Shown here in pieces: positions 53,221 to 64,000 of a stretch of 64,000 nt of DNA (the stretch's first letter is position 1; every line of letters starts with the position of its first letter). The position numbers were made by a program, and so were the translations under genes. Below the pieces are notes generated by a model. It was not told the origin of the DNA and did no database searches. It saw only the letters and a program-made list of their open reading frames with translations. The DNA comes from Tubulanus polymorphus (lineage: Eukaryota; Animalia; Nemertea): contig NC_134035.1 in the NCBI RefSeq assembly GCF_964204645.1, forward strand, positions 9,828,451 to 9,892,450, written 5' to 3'.

Positions 53221-56200
53221 TTCAATTTTTCATGAAGACGATTATTCCTCCTTAAAAACATAAGACCATTTACATTACAACATAATAAATCTTAATTTGT
53301 ATTTGTATTGATTGCAAGTTTGGCCGCACGATCAATCAATCTGAGTCTAATTCAGTCTCACGACAAAAAGTATCTCGAATTTCTATATACCATCATTTAA
53401 GATTAAGGCGCAATTAGAAGAGCAAACTTGTATTCATTGCATTTATGAGTTTTATTTACTTGGGGGAAAAAACTGAACAGACCGCCCAATCACCAAATAC
53501 TGCCGTCAAGTGCTGCCACCTAGTTTATGTACAAAATGTATCATGCCTGAAGATGTTGCAGTCTTGGGCGATAGCGGGTCGCTCCGGGAAAATTGCAGGA
53601 CTTCTAGTAGATTGGGCCACCCGGTTATCTGAGTTAGTCGACTACGGTCGAACTAAACGAAACCGAATGTCCATTAGTCGGAACTATATTCCGGAAATTG
53701 TTCGAAGATTAAGCACATTCGGTTATTAGTTCCGACCACTAGTCGATTAGATACGATAAGCCGAATTTGGCCCTGGCTGCCGACGTATCTATTTCACTTT
53801 CGCTTTCATTATTTTCTGACTGAGGAGGCGCCGCAGAATTCACCAAACAACCAGATGTCTACTATAGTAGTGGCAGTGCTTAAATGGGTGGTCAGTTTAG
53901 CCAATTGGTTTGAATGTTTAAAAAAACAAATTTGCCGGTTTGCAAGATCTCCGGAGTGGTGTGCAGTGGCGGATTTTTCACTCCGAACCATCCTCGAAAA
54001 ACTCGCGTTCAATGCATGATTTATGAATCACACTGTGGTGCTCCTGTCCTGTCAGACGTTTCAAAATCAAACTGAGTAGCGTTAACGGTCGAGCTTTAAA
54101 ATCGGTTAATCAAGTTCTATGTTCAAATTTATTTAACGGAAAAACTATGACAGGCTATGTACTATACAGAGATCAAAGGAGAGAAAATACAAACAAACCA
54201 CAAAATTCACAATTTTCAACAAGCCCAATTATAAAAAAGAGAAAAGAAAGAAATTTAGCTTTCTGCGTGGTCCAAGCAAAGAGGCCGCTGTCGCAAGCAT
54301 CCAGTCCACGGAAAGGACAACGAATGAACGAAAGGAGAGGAAATGAGAATTGATTAATTTCGCAAACTTAGAGTGTATGAGCTAGAAACTTCAGAAGATG
54401 ACGGATAGGATCTAAGTTTACGTTTTGAATCATCGATTGCCGTTTAATCGACTCGTGCCTTTTTCGCATGGTTCAACCAACTACCGGCCTTTCTCAACTG
54501 CCAGCTCTTAATCAATACGCTGAACCTACGACTTCCAGCTGCTAATCGTGCTACAGATGTCATTGAAATTGTGTTTAGGTGACTGGGCTAATTATTACAG
54601 AAAACTCCGACATAAGATACATTTTAGTACACATCATTTTCAACTATTGACCACCCTTCTAATCACGTCACAAAGTAAATATTTCATTTATCTTGAAATC
54701 GAATCGAATCTGACCGGTCCCCTTCGAACTGACCTCCAAACAGAAAAATCTCCGAAATCCATGTCACTCAAGTGTAACTTGTTCCGTTATGCATATCATC
54801 ATCATCCAGGATTCTATACTCGGGCGGGAAGCGGGGGAGTAGACACCTTAGTATTCTTTATCTAAATAATACTAAAATAGATATATTTATATTGTATTCA
54901 AAAGACGGTAGCCTTGTGCGTGATATTTCATTTGATACTCTAGCCCAGCATATGAATATATACGTACACTTTTAAAAAATGCCGGAGGGATTGACAAGCT
55001 TCGTATTACATTATATTTCATTTCTTTTACTGACCCAACCCTACTTTCACGGAAAATTGACAACCATCATGATACATGATTACATAAATTTGATGGTTAA
55101 TATCGATCGTTTTTCAAAAATTTTTCAAAAAAAAATTCCAAGGCCAGATTTATGAATGAAGAACTGCATTAACAGTTTAATTGGCCGAAGGGTAAGATTC
55201 CAAATTGGTCTGCACGAATACCCCTAGTACGTTTCTCGGAAGTATAGACACTCACTTATCACCTCTTCAAGCAAGATATTCGGACCCAAAATCTGTATCG
55301 ATTCATTCTCATTATCGATTACAAATACATTCGGACGTACACTAGGTTAAAACTGTAATTCACTCGCGGAAAAGTATCTAAAAAGAATGGAGGACAATAT
55401 ATGATCTTTTCCTTTATAGCTAATTCCAAATCTTTTAAATTAGGCCAACAAAAATAAACCCCAATCAGTCGCTTGCCCGTTGAGGCTGGATGTATGATTG
55501 CTTATACGAACAGAAATTACCGATTATGTACACAAATTATTATGTTATTTCGACTAATTTAATTACGTTATTCCGATTGACCATTCCTACCATATCTCTA
55601 CTTTGTGTGATTTCACAACGTTCCTGGCAGGTGTGACGGGGACACCGAAATGAACATAACATCAATTCAAATCAATCCACCAAATATGAGGGACAATATT
55701 CTATTTCAAAATAAATTAGATTTGTTTTCTTTTCATATGCATTTCATTTCCATTATATTGTGTACACAAATTTTCAATAAAATCCACATTCGTCACAAAA
55801 TAACATTACAGCAAGTTTGAATATTACGCAATAATAACAGATATGTTCACACTGTGAATGCGCCGTAGATTCTAAGTTCTGTTCGAAGCTTCAGCTCGTC
55901 CGAAGGTGAAAATGAACAATGAACATGAATTAATAAGATAGTGGTCAGTTAATTTCTGTCAAATTATTGTGGAATCCTGACGTCCAAAGGCCTTCCATTA
56001 GACTGGGAAATATACAGACATGAATAATTATGTAATGGGTTTACGTAACTGGAACGTTACTATATTCTATCCGCACCCAAAAGTTCTTACAAAAAAAAAA
56101 CGTGATTACTATAATACGTCACTCCTTTCAATAAAGTCTCTAACGAAGAAACGTGACTTCTTTTTTTCGTATTCTGTTCGATAACCTACGCGTGTTGAAA

Positions 56201-56472
56201 GAGAGAGAGAGAGAAAAAAACTATGAAAAAAGTTTCAAACGCCTCCTTCTGTATAAAACAACGGAGGAAGACAACGACGCGGAATGAAGTTCAGAGCGAG
56301 CGTTCGTTGACCTTTATCATCGTAGTTCATAACATCTCAATTTAACTGAAGGCCATCGCGCGGAGAAAGTGTCGTTATAAATAAAAGACCAGACTGTCAA
56401 CTTGTTAGATTTATACGTACGTGGAGAAACCGCCTGGACGTCCGCGTTTGAGTTTCAGTTTAACAATAAATA

Positions 56473-59400
56473 ATGGTATGTTCTTCGCAGAGCTCCAAGA
56501 TGTCGACATTAATACCGCACATGTCCGTTAACAGAACGTTTCTACTACAAACTGTATTTTATTTTTCTACTCATCGACGCCGCTACCGGCCAGAAATTAC
56601 CTTAGAAATTATAAGAAAATTATTTTTCCAGGTAAGTGCATCTTTGTTTTATATTCTTATTTGACGGAACGTGCGCTCACATTTTCTGGGTTAGACCTTT
56701 TGTAAGATATTATTTTTCTATCTAACGCAAGCGCGCATTTTCGAATGCATTTGCCTAAAAAGGGCTGTGGTAAACAAGTCCATTCTTTCGTTCAGATCTA
56801 TCGATGGGCCATACAGGTTAAATCTTTTGACCGACTAAGCAAATTTCTTCGGCGAATCATTCACGGTATAATTCGATTGCGATTGAATTCGGGAGACCAA
56901 GGTTGACGCGTTTAGGCGAATGCGGTGTGAAGACTGATTCGCCGAATATCATCGCCGATCAAAAGATCTCATCATTCAGTATATATTTTCTATTCGGTGG
57001 AGGTGAAACAAGCAATCGCCGATTAGAAACTCGGCGATGATATCTACGTAGATAGGATACAGCTTAAGGCAATTTAAAAGAGAGCACTGCCACTTTTCAT
57101 CAACTGGAGAAAAAATTTATAGATATCTTAAGACAAAACCATGACACAGTTTGGTTTCACATCGTCACTGTTCTCAATTGTTGCGTTCAAAAATTCCAAG
57201 AATCGCCAGCAAATATCTGCATTTCATTTCCTTTAAAATGCTGTATAACTTAAGTTCATCGAACAAGGGGCTGCAGAACTATATATGATATTCAATCTAA
57301 ACTTATGTTTTAAAAATGAGCGCAATTCATCGCAACAATGCGGACCTCGAGGGACCGCCACAAAATGGCGCCTAGAAACTGGAAACTTCTTTATTGGTCG
57401 ATTCGCCAATTGAAAATGCGCCTCGTGTCCGTTGCACATTATGCAAAATTTGTAGAAAATTGATGAAATACTGTAACGGGCTTGTGGTCTGCGGAAACCA
57501 TTTTGAACCGATAATTAGCGTGAGTTAACAATTTGTCTTTTTCGATCGAAAACAGCGAGCAGGAAATCAGTTACGAAAATCCGCTACGTACATTGCGTGG
57601 TTTAACGATCAGAAATCTGATCTCTGTACTAAACATGTATCGTCTGTGAACAATGCGTCAAGACAATTATATGATTGTAATGTTATTTAATACTATTCGC
57701 GTCAAACCCAGATTTAACAGTGACGATGCCAGTCCGTCCGTCCAAAAATCCGTGACGTCGATGTTTGGTATAGAAAACAATGTTTTTTTTACCGATATTG
57801 CGCTTGAAAACAAGCCTCTAGGGGAATATGTTTACAGTAATTTTTCATTCCGTGTTCGAACGAAGAAATCTAGGTGCTCGTGATGTATAAACATCACAAT
57901 ATGACCGGTATGACCGGTTGTCATGAAATTCGGCGCTGCGCGCGGTTGATATCTCGACATTTCTATCCCAAAGGCCGGCGGCGGCGAGGACCCGATTGCT
58001 TATAACAACCCTGACGTAGACACGGTCATTCGTCCGGTCATTTCACTTGGCTATGAATTATTTCTATTTACGTCAAATTTGCCATCAATTGGTGATATTC
58101 ATGAATTATCTAATAGTGTGCCCTCACACGCCAGACTTTGACCGGTTGGTTAAATATTAGAAATCATGTTTTACATTTATGCAATGATCGGATTGTAAAT
58201 AATATCCGGGTAAGATGAAAATCCGGATTCAGCTGATCCGAACAAAGTTTGACTGTATCTTTATACGGATATATTTCTGTTAAAACCCTTTGTATTTGAA
58301 GACGGACTCCAAGTCACCGATTGAATAGCAATTTCTGTTAGGCGTAGCTTGAAAGTCGTCTGTATTTATTGGACCTCCAGAATACAATAGAAGTATTCAT
58401 TGTGATCTGTTATTTACAGCTGATGCTTTGAACACGAGAACTGTGATATTTACAAACTCAATAGCTATAGTTATATTTGATACATATAAAAGTATGATTA
58501 GGTTTAACGCCCATATTGTGCTGTTAACAAGAACTAAGACAAGTACATCTATGATTTACACCCAAAAACCTTCAAGGCCATCCTCGCCAACACAAACCCT
58601 GGCCGCAAACCCTGCATTGGTCTATAACATTGCCCAAAATTCCCCCAAGATCTCTTTGGCGGACGGGTTCGAGCCGCTAAGCGGCCACCAGACCAGTCTA
58701 GACAACCAGATGTGCAGCGAATCTGCCGGTGTCAAAAACAACGCGTTTGATTGGCTAGATATATACACTGTGGCAACCTGTCCGCCCAAGGAATTCTGGG
58801 CAATGTAAAACCTGGCAAACCCTTCAATAGACCAACGAAGGGTTTGCAGCCAGAGATTGTGTTGACGTGAGTTTTGGCGGGAGGCAATCAAACCCTGGCA
58901 AGCGAGGATGCGACAACGTCCTCATACAGTGAATGCCAGTGGATTGTTGCAATTCAGCAACGCCGTTAATTTTTTTTCTTAGCGTTGATGCGAAAGCTAT
59001 ATGAGGGCCATGGCAAAATCCCCTCCCCTGTAACGATCCCTGTCTTTGATAGTCTGAATACTAATACTTTATCGTAGTCATCGTGTAACGTCTTGTCCAA
59101 TGACTAACGGGGCAGAAACAGCGTGCCCCACGTTATCGATGAAGGACGACTGCGAGCAAAACCGCAAAGAAGTTCTGGAGTTCGAAAACCGCGGACATGA
59201 TTTGGAGCACACTATCTGTTCAATTGGGCGTCCATGATCTAATTTGGATATTCATTAAGACCTAGTCTATACGCATACGCCATTGGTTTATTATCAGTCT
59301 AATGAATCTTTATATCAACGGGAAATTCATTTCTATCCCAGCACGAAGTGGAAGTTGAACAGTGTCGTGCTAGTTTGATATTTTCCGATCTTGCTCAGTC

Positions 59401-61436
59401 TGGCGGTTAATTTAAAACGTTCATCTCTATAATCGAAACTATTTTGGATTGATAAAGGTAAACATACGTGTGGATGAAGCCAGAGATATGATTTGTTAAA
59501 TTCTCACAATAATGCAGAAATTAATAGACCCTTTGAGATAACTCTTGGGTGTAACCCGCGAGAGTCTTTTAGGTTCAGAAACGTCAATCATTTACACTTA
59601 GCAAATGAACCTTTCAAACTGGGTTTATTCCATTTAGTTACAATTTACGAGTGATAGCGGGTATTGTTATCGAGTCACCACAGCTTTAAGCAATTGTTAG
59701 TGAACTTCCATACTTCATTAGTTATAAATCTCGTTCCGTGGTCTATAGTTAGCGGGGAGGGGGGATGGAGGGATTCCCATTCTGACCAGGACGCTCGCCA
59801 GGACATCCACAGTGTAGTGAACCCCGCTTTCTTCCAGCCTGGATCCGCCCCTGGCTGTCGAGCTAAAGAGGTTGCCGGTTTGAGTCCTGGTAGGAGGGAT
59901 GGTCGAGCTTGGGTTATCGGAGATCTCAGTCTAACATAATCTAATTTTGTTTTTTTTAGATATTCTATATGCAAGCGCGTCGGATTAGACTGACGGATGT
60001 CGTAAGGTTATTGGTCTGGTCAACGTTATTTAATTGGTCGGAGGCGATGGTTAGACATAGACATACTCCCAATCGACTTTTGTTACATGCGCAACATATA
60101 CGAGAAATTCGAATTAACCTTAAGTTTCTAAAAGGTAAAAGTTTTGGCTTGGGTCGAAAAGGACAACTTGGCATTTTTTCTTTCAATGGTCCTTTCAACA
60201 AATCTTATACTTCATCATAGAATACTACGTATGTTTTTTTTTCAGAGTTTGAGATAACAAGTTGAATATATGTTTTTTCCTTTGCTAGATTGTCAATGCC
60301 CTCTGCCAGTGTGCGCCCGAACGCCCCGTAGATGTCTAGTAACCGGAGTTTGCACGGCATGTAAAGCCCCGAACTACGGCAAACGATCTCAGGTACGTGT
60401 TTCGACCGACAGGTGGCAGCTTGTCGTCTGCGAAATCATGAATGAAGTCGATTCACGACCCCAAGATGAATTGCACTATATAAGAACGACTTTTTTCTTA
60501 TAAAAAAAGAAACAAGTCGAAACGATCACGTTTGATCGCGCTGTCGCAATTTTAACACGAGAAACAAGAACGTGAATGTATTGCCTTTCATGAGAACGGG
60601 TTAACGAACTCCAGCCCAGTCAAAACATCGTTAACACCTCGAACAACATGATTCGTGGGTTGGAGGTGCACAGTTTCATACGTTTCTGATATTTCAGAAT
60701 AACGAAAATTTGTCGATTAAAGATGGCGACTCGATGATGAGGCGTCAGCTACCAGAGAAGTGGCAAAGAGATCAGATTCTTACAGGAGGTTAGTATCGAC
60801 TTAGTGACATAATAATCTTTTCGTGAAACCGTTTCGCGAAACTCGAGTACGATCGATACAGACGCCGTAGTAGTTCGGGTCAACGATCTTATTTTTACGC
60901 AAACCGCGTGATTAGCTGGTTACCAACCAACGATGTTAGGTAGCTCAAATAAAAATAGATTCAAGCTATTTTCATTCCGCTAAGGCGAAAGATCATTCCC
61001 TCATCGTTCATTGTCACGAGTTGGGTTACATAACTATATTCTAATGCAGTTATATATTCAATAATTAATCATTGACTTCATTCATTGTCACTTTTGCCAT
61101 ATATATATAATAAGTGTCATACGCTTTAAGAATGATACTGTTATTATCATGTATGACCAGGGAGGTGCGAGTACCTCCCTGACGTTCAGACTCCGAGAGA
61201 ATATATTCAAAGTGTTACGCATAGTACATGACATATTATCTCATAGTGCTACTAGATAAAATGATGGGCACAGAGTTATAAACTAATTTCCGTTCATTTC
61301 AGATAGTGAATTTATGGGTAGGCAGGACCGCCAGCACCACGTCCTCGCACGACTAAAACCCCCAGTGACCCAAAAACAACGGGACGTTTATCTATTGCTA
61401 GCGCTGAATCGTAGAATATCAAATACCGATCATTGA
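56473..61436 (+). pseudogene. Probable decayed multi-exon EGF/laminin-EGF-like gene (or lncRNA)
   Basis: Splice-bounded segments about 56473-56631, 59960-60001, 60289-60392, 60698-60788 and 61303-61436, with AATAAA at about 61567. The joined frame reads ...ASASD*TDGCHCQCPLPVCARTPRRCLVTGVCTACKAPNYGKRSQ with an internal TAG. Confidence 0.35.
58570..58912. mobile_element. Long foldback (palindromic) element
   Basis: caacacaaaccctggccgcaaaccctgcattggtctat...acattgcccaaaattcc...ggcggac pairs with gtccgcc...ggaattctgggcaatgt...atagaccaacgaagggtttgcagccagagattgtgttg. Confidence 0.7.
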
Positions 61437-62304
61437 TAATGAAAGACGATTAAAATACAGTACGGTTTAATATTTTCCTCATCCACGTGTGATATATCAA
61501 CGGTTACGTATATAGATATTTATTGTATATAAATTTTGTTTGCTCTGTTTTGTTTCGTTTAGCAAAAATAAAGCTAAGCATAAAATTTATTTTATTCTGA
61601 ACTATGTGTCGCCATGTGTCTAATTTTATTTTCGGGAATATATTGGCAGTATCTACTCCGTACATCGAAACGCAGTGAGATCTGATTGCAAAAGATATTT
61701 CACTTAAAATGCATCGTCAGGGATGCGGCATTTAGAATGAAATCTATGACTTCATGAACCCGATCCGTTTTTCAAGAATTTTAGCATCAAATGAAGAATT
61801 GAAATCGTGCTCATTTTTTAGAAATTCGATGTCTTCGTAGCAAATAGTGAATATCAGGGGATTTTCTGGTCCCCTGACTTTCGAACGATATTCCGCTATA
61901 GTGAGTGCCTCCCCCAATCCAGAAAATGGAAGAGACAAAACACAATGGAACTGAAGGCAACATGACCCGAACATAGAACAGTTTAGACTCAACGTCAAGC
62001 GGAATTTGTTTTTTCGATTTTTCAATTATTTTTTGCCTCCTTAATGTCATTATCGGTAATAAATGATAATTCTAGGATAAAACGACTGGCCCTTATCCAC
62101 TTATCCAAAGAGCTGATCCCGATCCTCCCTCCTCGCGACATAGATCTCTGACAAAATGATCGAAAGGTCGCGATGATAACAATTTCGATAAAAGCAGCCT
62201 ACATTGTAAGAGCAACGACCTGACTGAAACGAACAAATGTTTCTGAGAACGTAGTGGGCTGATGTCATGTGAGATCAAGATCAACATGTGTTGTGTGTAT
62301 ATAT

Positions 62305-62455
<151 letters not shown>

Positions 62456-63244
62456 CAATGACGGGTGTGCTCCCTCGACTGGGAGTTGGTTCGTTCAAAT
62501 CAAATTACATCGTCTTTGTTCGTCGACCTTTTCGAGTCGAATGGGATGAGGGTGAAATTAAGTTCGTTGACCTACGCTCGCGTATACAATACTTTTGTTT
62601 TCCACATTTTGAAGAAAGGATGCATATGTAACTGTTTTCCTGATTTTGCATATCTTATAATATATTTCTTTTACAATAACAATTGCTAATAACTATCTAA
62701 ATATACAATTGTTTACACTTGGTATAACAATATTATTACAATACAATTTCATCTGCACTCGAAGAGTAAGAAGCATAAAGAATACGAAATATCCTAGCAC
62801 GTTGTTTTTAAGCAAAAATGATAAGTCATTCTATGTGGAAATGTGTAGCTCTAAGAAGTGTGAAATCAAGACTATACCTGTATACCAAAAAAGCATTATT
62901 TTGCAAAGATTTATTACTAGAAAAATCTTTTGCTCATTTTTAAAGAACGAAGTACATGAGTCAGAATGAACACTTCATAAAACGTCAGTTAATACAAAGA
63001 TTTAGAAATCATCGCCAGAAGTAATTTAACCGTATTTAGTATATATAAGTACCGGTATACCAAAAAAATATATATATTTTGCAAGCATTTATAACGAAAA
63101 AAATCTCGTGCTCAAGGGCCCGATTCCATAGTTGTGAATTTGAGTTATCTCGCAGTTGGAATCAGTTTATTTTCAAATGTCATAAACTGAAGAGTGAAAT
63201 TCAACTCAGAACTGTGAAATTGGATACAGAGTGAAAACTTAGAT

Positions 63245-63909
63245 TTAGAAATCGTCGTCGGTAGATGAATCGCCAATGTTTCGTATATCATCCATACCTC
63301 CTCCTCCTCCCACGATCTCTTCTTCGATTACAACCGTTTTTACGTCATTCTTATTCCCATCGTCGCCGCCGTCGTCGTCGGATCTATCGTCATTCGACCT
63401 CAGTAGTTCTTCTTGCGCGTCCTCCAGAGCGTCTTCCATCGTTTCGTATTCTTTCGCCTCCTGTTTCTTCGTCGAGTTTTTGTTCTTCTTTTTTCTCAAT
63501 ATTTTCGGGATTTTTATCTTTTTAATTTTGAATCGTCGTCGTTTCGGCGCGTCGGGATCTCGTTTGCCGAAAATCACGACCGGTCGTTTGTAAAGTATGA
63601 CGGCAGCGGTTACAATCCCGGCCACACCCAGGATACCAACTACCGCTCCGACTATAGCCCCGACTGGTGTCTGGTTCTCAACCTTTTCGAGCTTTTTCTC
63701 TAAAACTGCTTCTTTTTTCTATTGAAATGAGTTGGAAATTTGCAGCAACAATATTCTAATATGTATACAGCATTTATATAATTCAGACATTAAGTAAATA
63801 AAACTCACCTCTTCTTTGTACAGTTGCTTTTCGACCTTTTTCAATTCTTTCACCACTTTTTCTCCAGTATCTTCTTTCTTCGCCGGTTTCAATTTCTTGC
63901 TTTCGTGCC
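63245..63909 (-). CDS. 3' end of an unidentified type I membrane protein (5'-partial)
   Basis: Exons about 63909-63809 and 63718-63245 are in frame. A Lys/Glu-rich stalk, TM helix VGAIVGAVVGILGVAGIVTAAVILY, then a basic and an acidic cytoplasmic tail. Confidence 0.7.
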
Positions 63910-64000
63910 CTAAACGTGACGCCAGGAAACTCAATAACGGGAAGATGATTTTCCAGGTTTCAATTCAATATTATTGAAAACATCCATAACTGTTAAAAAC

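Noticed and set aside
53880-54020. CCAAT and TTTGAA (CHR)-like motifs upstream of RFWD3
   Set aside because: Short motifs with unknown TSS; not distinguishable from chance.

Overview
Intron-rich eukaryotic (invertebrate metazoan-like, inferred) genomic DNA with no prokaryotic features. Spliced by eye it holds six recognisable genes: the 3' part of SNRNP70/U1-70K (+), CPSF6/CFIm68 (-), MOB3 (-), an intronless SNAPC1 (-), MFAP1 (+) and RFWD3 (-). It also holds the 3' end of an unknown single-pass membrane protein (-), a probable decayed EGF-repeat gene (+), a 5'-truncated LINE with a nested DNA-transposon remnant inside a 254-bp satellite, several minisatellites and many MITEs. The most striking signal is non-coding: the SNRNP70 intron matching the vertebrate poison-exon intron carries a sense-strand array of about 35-40 5'-splice-site-like motifs, partly expanded by a tandem repeat, downstream of stop-generating acceptors (candidate U1 snRNP dosage sensor). 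CPSF6 has a duplicated RNP2 exon (probably mutually exclusive), conserved intronic UGUA pairs and a spliced, UGUA-rich 3' region, suggesting a parallel CFIm feedback loop. All splice models come from reading the sequence and are unverified by RNA data.
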